A DNA stretch of 64,000 nucleotides from Candidatus Woesearchaeota archaeon (GTDB taxonomy: Archaea; Nanobdellota; Nanobdellia; Pacearchaeales; GW2011-AR1): assembly GCA_964509675.1 (NCBI GenBank), contig CAZDXC010000001.1:6336-70335 (forward strand), given 5' to 3'. The notes under the pieces are model-generated. The model ran no database searches. It saw only the letters and a list, made by a program, of their open reading frames with translations, and had not been told where the DNA came from. The position numbers and the translations under genes were made by a program. Shown piece by piece: positions 47,594 through 56,806 of the stretch (its first letter is position 1; every line of letters begins with the position of its first letter).

Positions 47594-48800
47594 TTTTTAA
47601 ACTATTCAGAAGCATATTTTCCCATTTATTAGGATTATTGAACTCTATCCCACACTTCTCCGCAGGAGTTGTTTTGTCTTTAACATTCTTTCGCACAAAG
47701 TTGTGATAAACTTTGAAGCCGTCAGCATAGTCCTGAACATTCTTAACTCCTCTGCGAACTTTGTGAAATTCTTTTTGCTGTGTGTGATGGCTCTCTATTG
47801 CGTTGTTATTCACAACTCTTCGCTGTCCTAAAATTGAAGTATGTTTTATTTTTCTTTCATTTCCATAATTCCTGAATACTTTTCTTGTTGCCTGTTGATA
47901 TGCTTTCAACCTATCAGTTATTATCTGATTGGGCATTTTCTTATTCTGTTCCCACGCTTCTCTAAAAACTTTTTTAGCGTCTTTAATGCTTCTGCCTCTA
48001 CCTGAACTTACAGAAGCCAAAAGAAATTTTGATTTATTGTCAATCACATTCCACAAATAATCAAATTCAGCATTTTTCTTGTCCTTATCTTTTCCTCTCT
48101 TTGTCAAAACCATAGTTTCATCAGCATTCCAAACACCTGAAGTTTTTGGTGTTAATGTCTTTGAATATTTTTCAATTATTTTACTGAATTTTAAAACCCA
48201 ATTTCTTATAGTTTCGTGAGAAATTTTTATTCCGAAAAACTGCATAAACAAATCCGAAATATCACGATAAGATAATCCTTTGAAATAACAATCCATAGCA
48301 AGACAAACTAATTTTTCGTTTCCTTTTATCTTTGGAATTGGACTTAATACAAATCTCTTCTGACAATTCCTGCATTCATATCTCTGCTTATTTCCAAATT
48401 GTGTTTTTCTTATTCCTGATTTAATCAAATCTTCTGAACTACAATAAGGACAGCAATTCTTTTTTGGAGTTTCAATAATCAGTTTTATTTCTTGTTTTAC
48501 TTCTGGCTTGACTTCATATTTTGCTTTGATTTTTTCAAATAGGATAATCGCTTTGATATGCTTACAATACAAACCTTTTCCACGACATCTTATTTCAAAG
48601 TCCTTACATTCACAAGAATAACTATCAAGATGTGTAACCTTATATTTTCTCTCTGAATTTTGGCTTGGGACTAAATAAGTAAATTCATCTAATATCTGTG
48701 GCTCTGCGATTTCTAATATTGCCTTTGCTCTTTCATTTCTCCATTCAGAGAAGTTTTTGATATATTCTTGTGTTGTCTGCATGCTATCTTTATTTTGCAT
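47571..48800 (-). CDS. DDE transposase (IS6/IS240-like catalytic domain) with SWIM-like and InsA-like zinc fingers
   Basis: CECKDF...CKHI; CPYC...KSG...QRYECRNC; HTH; WNADET, ITDR, NAIESHH triad intact. Confidence 0.9.
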   Translation of the reverse strand: MQNKDSMQTTQEYIKNFSEWRNERAKAILEIAEPQILDEFTYLVPSQNSERKYKVTHLDSYSCECKDFEIRCRGKGLYCKHIKAIILFEKIKAKYEVKPEVKQEIKLIIETPKKNCCPYCSSEDLIKSGIRKTQFGNKQRYECRNCQKRFVLSPIPKIKGNEKLVCLAMDCYFKGLSYRDISDLFMQFFGIKISHETIRNWVLKFSKIIEKYSKTLTPKTSGVWNADETMVLTKRGKDKDKKNAEFDYLWNVIDNKSKFLLASVSSGRGRSIKDAKKVFREAWEQNKKMPNQIITDRLKAYQQATRKVFRNYGNERKIKHTSILGQRRVVNNNAIESHHTQQKEFHKVRRGVKNVQDYADGFKVYHNFVRKNVKDKTTPAEKCGIEFNNPNKWENMLLNSLKNDRRNFV

Positions 48801-48821
48801 GCAATATTAAGGATTTTAGGC

Positions 48822-48872
48822 TATTTAAATCTTTGCATGCAATAATTTTTACGCATGCAAAGGTATTTAAAT
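48822..48872. promoter_or_regulatory. divergent promoter with central operator-like inverted repeat
   Basis: TATTTAAATC on both sides of CTTTGCATGC-N12-GCATGCAAAG (48831-48862). Confidence 0.6.
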
Positions 48873-48892
48873 CATGCTTAATTAATAATCGC

Positions 48893-49960
48893 ATGACATG
48901 GACTAAACCACTTTATGGAAAAACCAAAGTTGATAAAGCAGGACATGTTCTTACTAACGAGAGTTCTACTGAAGAAGAAAAAGAAGAAGCACTAACAATT
49001 CTCAATAATTGGCGTTCTTCACATGGATACCCTATGAATACTTTTCAAGCAAGATTAAGACAGATGTCCAAAAAAGTAGATAATGATTCTTTAGTTGTTC
49101 AGCGACTAAAAAGAGTTCCTTCCATAGTAAAAAAATTGAACAGATACCAAACCAAAACTATGAGTTTATCGCAAATGCAGGATATTGCAGGATGTAGGTC
49201 TGTTCTTTCTGATGTAAATAAAGTCCGAGAACTAACAGAAGTATACAGAAAAAGTCGTGGATTAAAACATAAAAGAATTAGAGAAAAGGATTATATAAAA
49301 AATCCAAAAAAAGATGGATACAGAAGTGTGCATTTGATTTACAAATATAAAAGTGACAAAATAAATACTTATGATGGCTTGCTTATTGAAATTCAAATTA
49401 GAAGTAAAATTCAGCATGCATGGGCTACAGCCATAGAAATAGTTGATTTGTTTACAAAGCAAGCGATTAAATCTAATGAGGGAGAAGAAGAATGGAAAGA
49501 ATTTTTTAAATTGGTTAGTTCCGCTTTTGCGAAGATGGAAAAACAAAAAGAGGTAAAAGACACACCAACAAATAATAATGAACTCTATACGGCAATAAGA
49601 GAAAAAGTTGAGAAATTAAAAATATTTTCAAAAATGAATAATTGGTCTAAAGCATTAAAAGTTATAGAGCCAAAACTTAAAGAGTGGAAATTCTTTTTAC
49701 TTGAATTAGATGTATCTGATGAAACAAATCCAGAATTAAGTATTAGGGGTTATCCTGAAGAAGGAGAAACTATTGCTACAGAACATTATTTAGAAGCAGA
49801 AAAGATACAAAGAATTAATAAAAATAAAGATAGAGATGTTGTTCTTATTGGTGCAAAATCTATAGAAGAATTAAAAAAAGCATACTTAAATTATTTTGCC
49901 AATTCAAGGGATTTTTTAGCATATCTAAAAAATTACTTAGAAAAAAGAGGAGAGGTTTAA
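48893..49960 (+). CDS. RelA/SpoT (SYNTH)-domain protein (probable start ATG 48893)
   Basis: QRLKRVPSIVKKL, MQDIAGCR, DYI..PK.DGYRSVH, IEIQIRS..QHAWATA.E. Confidence 0.88.
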   Translation: MTWTKPLYGKTKVDKAGHVLTNESSTEEEKEEALTILNNWRSSHGYPMNTFQARLRQMSKKVDNDSLVVQRLKRVPSIVKKLNRYQTKTMSLSQMQDIAGCRSVLSDVNKVRELTEVYRKSRGLKHKRIREKDYIKNPKKDGYRSVHLIYKYKSDKINTYDGLLIEIQIRSKIQHAWATAIEIVDLFTKQAIKSNEGEEEWKEFFKLVSSAFAKMEKQKEVKDTPTNNNELYTAIREKVEKLKIFSKMNNWSKALKVIEPKLKEWKFFLLELDVSDETNPELSIRGYPEEGETIATEHYLEAEKIQRINKNKDRDVVLIGAKSIEELKKAYLNYFANSRDFLAYLKNYLEKRGEV

Positions 49961-49961
49961 A

Positions 49962-50891
49962 ATGAAAAAGAAAATCTTAAATAAAAGTTTAACAAGAGCA
50001 AACAAAGCAAAAAATGATGAATTTTATACTCAATTAACAGATATTGAAAAAGAATTAAAACACTATAAAGAACACTTCAAAGACAAGGTAGTTTTTCTTA
50101 ATTGTGACGACCCTGAAGAGAGTAGTTTTTGGGAATACTTTGCCTTGAACTTTAAAGTTCTCGGATTAAAGAAATTAATTGCAACGCATTTTGATTCAAA
50201 AAAACCAACTTATAAGTTAGAAAAAAATAACGGAAATACAATAAAAACAAAGTTAAAACAGAATGGAGATTTCAGAAGCCCTGAATGTATTGAGATTCTT
50301 AAAGAAGTGGATATTGTTGTAACAAATCCACCATTTTCTTTATTCAGGGAATATGTTGCTCAATTAATGGAATATAATAAAAAATTTATAATCCTTGGAA
50401 ATCAAAATGCAATAACTTACAAAGAAACCTTTGAACTGATTAAGGAAAATAAAATCTGGCTCGGTGTTGATAATGGTGGAACAAAATGGTTTAAAGTCCC
50501 AGAACATTATGACATAACCACAGAATCGAGGAAAAAAATAGAGAATGGGAAAAAGTTTTTTAGTATGGGTAGTGTTCTCTGGTTCACTAACCTTGATACT
50601 AAAAAGCGACACGAAGATTTAATTCTCTACAAAAAATATTATGGTAATGAAGAGGATTATCCTAAGTATGATGACTATGATGTTATCAATGTAAATAAAG
50701 TAAGCGACATTCCAGTTGATTATAGGGGGGCTATGGGAGTTCCCATAACTTTTTTAGATAAATATAATCCAGAGCAATTTGAAATTTTAGGAATTGCTAA
50801 TAGTGCGAGGTGGATTGGATTTGAATGCTATACTCTAATTGACGGAAAGAAAATATATAATAGGATAATTATTAAGAATAAGAAAATTTAA
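49962..50891 (+). CDS. adenine-specific methyltransferase, EcoRI family
   Basis: AKNDEFYT...IEKEL.HY, LNCDDP, VVTNPPFSLFREY, GVPITFLDKYNP.QF. Confidence 0.9.
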   Translation: MKKKILNKSLTRANKAKNDEFYTQLTDIEKELKHYKEHFKDKVVFLNCDDPEESSFWEYFALNFKVLGLKKLIATHFDSKKPTYKLEKNNGNTIKTKLKQNGDFRSPECIEILKEVDIVVTNPPFSLFREYVAQLMEYNKKFIILGNQNAITYKETFELIKENKIWLGVDNGGTKWFKVPEHYDITTESRKKIENGKKFFSMGSVLWFTNLDTKKRHEDLILYKKYYGNEEDYPKYDDYDVINVNKVSDIPVDYRGAMGVPITFLDKYNPEQFEILGIANSARWIGFECYTLIDGKKIYNRIIIKNKKI

Positions 50892-50915
50892 ATAACGGAG
50901 TTCTGATATTAAATT

Positions 50916-51998
50916 ATGAAAATAGAACTGAAAAGGATACCCATTAAAGAAGTAGTAGAAAGATATTCAAATGATGACGAAGAAGGAGTTATCGGATATG
51001 ATGGGAAACTGAATATCCGCCCAAAATATCAAAGAGAATTTGTCTATAAGGATAAACAAAGGGACGCTGTAATTGAAACAATAAGAAAGGGCTTTCCGCT
51101 TAATGTGATGTATTGGGTTAAGAGCAAAGACGGAACTTTTGAGGTAATGGATGGACAGCAAAGAACTATAAGTTTTTGTGAGTATATTGCTGGGAATTTC
51201 TCGTTAAATCATCAATACTTTCACAATCTTGAAAAGGATGAGAAAGAGCAAATCCTCAAATATGAATTAATGATTTATTTCTGTGAGGGAACTGACAAGG
51301 AAAAATTAGATTGGTTCAAAATTATAAATATAGCAGGGGAAAAATTATTTGACCAAGAATTAAGAAACGCAATCTATACAGGAACTTGGCTCTCTGACGC
51401 AAAAAGATATTTCAGCAAGACGAATTGTCCTGCTCATAATCTCGCAAGCGACTATATGAAAGGCGTGGCGATTCGCCAAGATTATTTGGAAACTGCGATA
51501 GATTGGATTAGCAAGGGAAAGATTGAGGAATATATGGCAAAACATCAACACAAGCCCAACGCAAACGAGTTATGGTTATATTTCCAAAGTGTTATAAATT
51601 GGGTAAAAGCAACCTTTACCAAATATCGTAAAGAGATGAAGGGCGTTCCTTTTGGAATTCTCTATAATGAATTTAAGGATAAGGAACTTGATTCAAAGAA
51701 ACTTGAAAAAGAAATAACAAAACTAATGCAAGATGAGGATGTTACTAAAAAATCAGGCATTTATCAATATGTTTTAACTCGGAATGAAAAACACCTTAAC
51801 ATTCGTGCTTTTACAGATAAACAAAAAAGAGAAGCATACGAAAGACAAAAAGGAATTTGTCCAAAATGTAAAAAGTTCTTTGAAATAGAAGATATGGAAG
51901 CAGACCATATAAAACCTTGGCACGATGGCGGAAAGACAACAGCGGAAAATTGTCAAATGTTATGCAAACAGGATAATAGGATTAAATCAGGAAAATAA
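50916..51998 (+). CDS. DUF262 (ParB-like) + HNH endonuclease, GmrSD-like
   Basis: RP.YQREFVY, DGQQRT, F..IN..G..L..QELRNA; C-terminal CPKC...EADH..PW..GG.T...NCQ.LC..DN. Confidence 0.9.
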   Translation: MKIELKRIPIKEVVERYSNDDEEGVIGYDGKLNIRPKYQREFVYKDKQRDAVIETIRKGFPLNVMYWVKSKDGTFEVMDGQQRTISFCEYIAGNFSLNHQYFHNLEKDEKEQILKYELMIYFCEGTDKEKLDWFKIINIAGEKLFDQELRNAIYTGTWLSDAKRYFSKTNCPAHNLASDYMKGVAIRQDYLETAIDWISKGKIEEYMAKHQHKPNANELWLYFQSVINWVKATFTKYRKEMKGVPFGILYNEFKDKELDSKKLEKEITKLMQDEDVTKKSGIYQYVLTRNEKHLNIRAFTDKQKREAYERQKGICPKCKKFFEIEDMEADHIKPWHDGGKTTAENCQMLCKQDNRIKSGK

Positions 51999-52122
51999 AA
52001 CTCAACTCCCTTCACTTGACAGGAATTTTATCTCCCGAAGATTTGACAATCTCATCATCCATAAAATTTATAAACCTGAATTACTCCTAAAAATCATCTA
52101 GAAATTATTCTATAATATTAAA

Positions 52123-52782
52123 ATGGACGCGGATATAAGCAATCAAATTTTGAAATCAGGAACAACAATAGTTGGAATTATATGCAAAGATGGTGTTGTA
52201 ATGGCTTCTGACAGGCAGAGCACAGCAGGCAATATAATTATGGATAAGGGTTCTGAAAAAATAATTCTTGTGAACAATTATCTTGCCATAGCTTCTACAG
52301 GGATGGTTTCTGATATTCAGAGAGCAATCAAGTATACTGCAGCAGAATTAAAATTAAAGGAATTGCGTTCAAGATCCCGTCCGAGTGTCAAACAGGGAGC
52401 AAATCTTTTAGCAAGTATAATTTATCAATCAATAAGACAGCCGGCAATGCTGCAATTTATTGTTGGAAGTATTGTAGGAGGTTTTAATGAAGATGGTTCA
52501 ACAGAATTGTATACAATAGACCCTTCAGGAGGTTTAAAACGTATAAAAGATTATGATGCGAATTTTGGAAGCGGAATGCCTTTTGTTTTGGGGCTCTTGG
52601 AAAGACAATATAGAAAAGATATGAGTATTGAAGAGGGAATAAAATTGGCTATAGAAACAATAAAATCTTCAACTCAGAGAGACACAGGAAGCGGTTTTGG
52701 AATTGATGTATACTCTATCACAAAAGATGGAATAAAAAGAGTGGTGTCGCAGGAAATTCAGCCAAGTTTCAAAGAAGATTAA
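52123..52782 (+). CDS. psmB: proteasome beta subunit
   Basis: KSG/TTIVG, DRQST.G, GSG, A...RD..SG. Confidence 0.95.
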   Translation: MDADISNQILKSGTTIVGIICKDGVVMASDRQSTAGNIIMDKGSEKIILVNNYLAIASTGMVSDIQRAIKYTAAELKLKELRSRSRPSVKQGANLLASIIYQSIRQPAMLQFIVGSIVGGFNEDGSTELYTIDPSGGLKRIKDYDANFGSGMPFVLGLLERQYRKDMSIEEGIKLAIETIKSSTQRDTGSGFGIDVYSITKDGIKRVVSQEIQPSFKED

Positions 52783-52854
52783 ATTTTTTGTTTTTAAATG
52801 GTGTATAGATTTTGTTGGGGGGAATTAAAAAAATAGTTTGCATGGTTTTCTAAA

Positions 52855-54738
52855 ATGGATATTCTAAAACAAATAACAGACCAGTTACATGAAAATATAA
52901 CTGATGCAAGTTTTGAAGGAGCGAATATTGTTCTTTATACAGATAATGCCAGATTTTTCAGAGAAGGAGAAGCAAAAATAAAAGAAATTGTGGATCAGAT
53001 TAAAAAGAGGGTTGAATTAAGAGCAGATGAAAAAATTCTTATGGATAAGGAAAATACCGAAAAGGAAATAAGAAAAATCGTGCCAAAGGAAGCAGAAATT
53101 ACAGAAATAATTTTTGATACTCAGAGAAGCATTGTAATAATAGAAGCAAAAAAACCAGGAATGGTTATAGGAAAACAGGGAAGTATTCTTGATGAGATAA
53201 GAAAGACAACTTTATGGACACCGCAAGTTCAGCGTTCACCGGCAATAAAAAGCAAAATAACAGATAGCATAAGAGAAGTTCTCTATGCCAATAACAATTA
53301 TAGAAGAAAATTTCTTAATTCAATAGGAAAAAAGATTTACAAGGAATGGAACCCTGAAAAAGTTGATGAATGGGTTAGATTGACTTTTTTGGGAGGAGCA
53401 AGGCAGGTTGGGAGAACCAGCCTTTTACTGCAGACTCCAAATTCAAAGATTCTTTTGGATTGCGGGATAGATGTTGCCTCACAAGGAACAGATAAATTTC
53501 CATATATGGATATTCCTGAATTTGATTTAAACCAGTTGGATGCAGTAATAATTTCCCATGCTCATCTGGACCATGTTGGTTTGCTTCCTTATTTGTACAA
53601 AATGGGATATAAGGGCCCCGTATACATGACTCCCCCTACAAGAGATATTGCAGCCTTGCTTGCTTTGGATTTTATAGGAGTTGCATACAAACAGGCTACA
53701 AAGCCCCTCTTTGATTCTACAGATATCAAAGAAATGGTCAAGCACAGCATTTGTCTGAATTACAATGAAGTTACTGACATTACTCCTGATATAAGGCTTA
53801 CATTTTACAATTCAGGACATGTATTGGGGGGGGCAATAGTTCATCTCAATATAGGAAATGGTTTGCATAATTTGGTTTATATGGGTGATTTCAAATATGC
53901 ACGCTCAAGGCTTCTTGACCCTGCAGTAGCAGTTTTCCCAAGAGTGGAATCAGTGATTACAGAATCAACTTATGGTTCTAAGAGTGATACATTTCCTCCA
54001 AGGAGAGACACAGAAGAAAAATTGATTAATTTAGTAAACAAGACAATTGAAAGAAATGGAAAAGTGCTGATTCCGGAATTGGGACTGGGAAGAGCACAGG
54101 AAACGATGCTTGTTTTAGAAGATGCAATGAATTCAGGAAAGTTGCCGAAAGTTCCTATATATATAGACGGAATGATTTGGGATATTAATGCAATTCATAC
54201 TGCTTATCCCGACTTTTTGGGAAGCAAGGTAAGGGCAGACATTTTTCAGGACAAGAATCCTTTTGTATCTGATTTATTTTCACGTGTGGGTTCAAGTCAG
54301 GAAAGAAAAAAAGTTATTGAAGGAAGTCCATGCATTGTTCTTGCAACATCAGGTATGTTGGTTGGAGGGGCAAGTGTGGAATATTTCAGGGAATTTGCAG
54401 GAAATCCAAATAATTCTATAATTTTTGTCTGTTATCAGGGGGCAGGAAGTTTGGGAAGACAGGTACAAGAAGGACTTAAAGAAACAAAAATGATTGTAGA
54501 CGGGAGAGAGGAAATAGCAAAAATTAATTTAGAAGTTGATACAATTACAGGATTCAGCGCTCATGCAGGAAGAAATGAACTGCTTTCTTTCTTTAATAAT
54601 ATGCGTCCAAAACCCAAAAGAATAATCATAGAACATGGAGAAGTTTCAAAATCTCTGGATTTGGCTTCTGCTCTCTATAAACTTAACAGAGTTGAAACAA
54701 ATGTTCCAAGAATATTGGAGACTTTAAGATTGAGGTAA
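52855..54738 (+). CDS. aCPSF1 beta-CASP ribonuclease with KH domains
   Basis: KPGMVIGKQG, GGARQVGR, SHAHLDH, GHVLG, ESTYG, FSAHAG, HGE. Confidence 0.96.
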   Translation: MDILKQITDQLHENITDASFEGANIVLYTDNARFFREGEAKIKEIVDQIKKRVELRADEKILMDKENTEKEIRKIVPKEAEITEIIFDTQRSIVIIEAKKPGMVIGKQGSILDEIRKTTLWTPQVQRSPAIKSKITDSIREVLYANNNYRRKFLNSIGKKIYKEWNPEKVDEWVRLTFLGGARQVGRTSLLLQTPNSKILLDCGIDVASQGTDKFPYMDIPEFDLNQLDAVIISHAHLDHVGLLPYLYKMGYKGPVYMTPPTRDIAALLALDFIGVAYKQATKPLFDSTDIKEMVKHSICLNYNEVTDITPDIRLTFYNSGHVLGGAIVHLNIGNGLHNLVYMGDFKYARSRLLDPAVAVFPRVESVITESTYGSKSDTFPPRRDTEEKLINLVNKTIERNGKVLIPELGLGRAQETMLVLEDAMNSGKLPKVPIYIDGMIWDINAIHTAYPDFLGSKVRADIFQDKNPFVSDLFSRVGSSQERKKVIEGSPCIVLATSGMLVGGASVEYFREFAGNPNNSIIFVCYQGAGSLGRQVQEGLKETKMIVDGREEIAKINLEVDTITGFSAHAGRNELLSFFNNMRPKPKRIIIEHGEVSKSLDLASALYKLNRVETNVPRILETLRLR

Positions 54739-54796
54739 ATTTCTTCTTCTTAACATTTAAAAACAAGTTTTTATTAGTTATAAAAGAGGTAACAAA

Positions 54797-55738
54797 ATGA
54801 AACATAATCCTAAGATAACTATAATTTTGCTGTTTATGTTTGTTGCAACCCAATTTATTGGATTGTATGTAATTGACTCAGACCCATTCCATATAAAAGT
54901 TACACGGGCAAACGGAACAGTTGAGACAATAGTGAACCCAAGTTTATCATGGATAGAACCTCCTGAAATTAAACAACAGTCTGACTTTACAACTTATCTT
55001 GGCTCAATAATATTTGCATTTGTAATTGCTATTTTTATTTTATTCCTTCTGACGAAATTTAAAATAGACATAATTTTAAGAATATGGTTCTTTGTTGTTG
55101 TTGCGATAGCTTTGTTTATAACCTTCAATGCAATTTTTCCGAAAGAATTTCTTTCTAATTCTCTTTATTTCACGATTCCGGCATTAGCCTTGGCTCTGTT
55201 TCTGAGTTTCATAAAAATTTTCAGGAGAAATTTCTTTGTTCATAATTTCACAGAACTTTTGATATATCCGGGGATTGCAACTATTTTTGTTCCTATATTG
55301 AATTTATGGTCTATAATTGCTCTTTTGTTGATAATCTCTGCATATGATATTTGGGCTGTTTGGCATTCGGGTGTTATGCAAAAAATGGCGAAATATCAAA
55401 TAAACAAACTGCGGGTATTTTCTGGATTTTTCATTCCTTATATTTCAGGAAAAGTCAGGAAACAACTGAAGAAAATGAAGAAGTCGAAATTGAAGAAAAA
55501 GAAAATAAGAGTAAGCATAGCAATTTTAGGAGGAGGAGATGTTATATTCCCTATAATCACGGCAGGAGTTATGCTGAAGACACTTGGTTTTGTTTCTGCA
55601 ATTTTCACAATAGCAGGAGCAACTCTCGGATTGACTTTGTTATTTCTTTTCTCAGAAAAAAAGAAATTCTATCCTGCAATGCCTTTTATCTCAGCAGGAA
55701 TTTTTGTGGGAATGATTTTGAGTTATCTTATTCTCTAA
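54797..55738 (+). CDS. presenilin/SPP-like GxGD intramembrane aspartyl protease
   Basis: AYDIWAV, LGGGD..FP, PAMPF. Confidence 0.88.
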   Translation: MKHNPKITIILLFMFVATQFIGLYVIDSDPFHIKVTRANGTVETIVNPSLSWIEPPEIKQQSDFTTYLGSIIFAFVIAIFILFLLTKFKIDIILRIWFFVVVAIALFITFNAIFPKEFLSNSLYFTIPALALALFLSFIKIFRRNFFVHNFTELLIYPGIATIFVPILNLWSIIALLLIISAYDIWAVWHSGVMQKMAKYQINKLRVFSGFFIPYISGKVRKQLKKMKKSKLKKKKIRVSIAILGGGDVIFPIITAGVMLKTLGFVSAIFTIAGATLGLTLLFLFSEKKKFYPAMPFISAGIFVGMILSYLIL

Positions 55739-55809
55739 GAGAAAATTGTATCTACTTAGCAAAAGTAACAAACCATAAGATTTATAAATAATTATTCTTA
55801 GAAATTTTT

Positions 55810-56010
55810 ATGGAAAACTTAGAAAGTGAAATAAGAAAATGTATGGAAATTATTAGAGATTGCTTTGTAGGAGATTTCATGCCTTATCAGTCAGATAATC
55901 TTGAAACAGCAGTATATAGATTATCAGAAATCCATGAACAGCATCCTGAATATTTCAGTCCTTCAGATATGAAAATTGTTGAACAGGCTTCATTTAAATT
56001 TGAAATTTGA
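55810..56010 (+). CDS. hypothetical protein
   Basis: 66-aa ORF. Confidence 0.45.
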   Translation: MENLESEIRKCMEIIRDCFVGDFMPYQSDNLETAVYRLSEIHEQHPEYFSPSDMKIVEQASFKFEI

Positions 56011-56014
56011 TAAA

Positions 56015-56806
56015 ATGATTCTATCTCAAGAACTAATTAACAGGATTAAAGATCATTTTGATTTGAATCTTTATGAAACAAAAGTCTGGCTGGCTTTGCT
56101 TAGCAAGGGCGTTGCTTCTGTGGGAGAAGTTGCTGCTATTTCCCGTGTTCCGAGAAGCAGAGCATATGATGTTCTTGAAAGTCTTGAGAAAAAAGGTTTT
56201 GCAATAATAAGAATGGGCAAGCCTGTAAAATATCTCGGCGTTAAACCCCAGATAATTCTTGAGAGAATAAAAACAGACATAAAGAAAAATGCAGAGGAAA
56301 AGATAAAAGACTTGACAAAAATAAAAGAAACAGAAGAATTCATGAAATTAAATGAATTATACAGGGAAGGAATAAATCCTGTTAAAAGAGAAGATATTTC
56401 TGCATCTTTGAGAGGAAAATCAAACATTTCAAGTTTTTTAAAAGAAATAATAAAAAATGCATCAAAGGAAGTAATAATCTGCACAAATGCAGAAGAAATA
56501 AAATCAAAAACAAAGCTTTTCTCCCAGACAATTGAAATTCTGAAAAAAGCAAATGTAAAAATAAAAATCGCTCTTTCGGGAAATGTTAAATTAATAAAAG
56601 AAATAGAGAATAAATTAGCTTTAAAAATAAAAAGAATTGGGATTGATGCCAAATTTTTTATAGTAGACAGAAAAGAAGTTTTATTTTATATTTCCAAGGG
56701 AATTGGAAATGAAACAGAAGATATTGCAATATGGCTTAATTCAGATTTTTTTGTAGAAGCTCTTACATCTTTGTTTGAAAAAGCAATCGGAGAAAAAAAG
56801 AAATAA
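56015..56806 (+). CDS. TrmB-family transcriptional regulator (probable start ATG 56015)
   Basis: LNLYETKVWLALL, EVA..S.VPRSRAYDVL.SLE.KGF, KP.KY; C-terminal FFIVD.KE. Confidence 0.9.
   Translation: MILSQELINRIKDHFDLNLYETKVWLALLSKGVASVGEVAAISRVPRSRAYDVLESLEKKGFAIIRMGKPVKYLGVKPQIILERIKTDIKKNAEEKIKDLTKIKETEEFMKLNELYREGINPVKREDISASLRGKSNISSFLKEIIKNASKEVIICTNAEEIKSKTKLFSQTIEILKKANVKIKIALSGNVKLIKEIENKLALKIKRIGIDAKFFIVDRKEVLFYISKGIGNETEDIAIWLNSDFFVEALTSLFEKAIGEKKK

Larger units (their letters stand above)
47134..52054. mobile_element. 4921-bp unit transposon with defence cargo
   Basis: TIR TGAGATTGTCAAA (47134-47146) / TTTGACAATCTCA (52042-52054); TSD TCATCCA (47127-47133, 52055-52061); two TGTCAA-N-GGGAG sites at each end. 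Confidence 0.9.
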
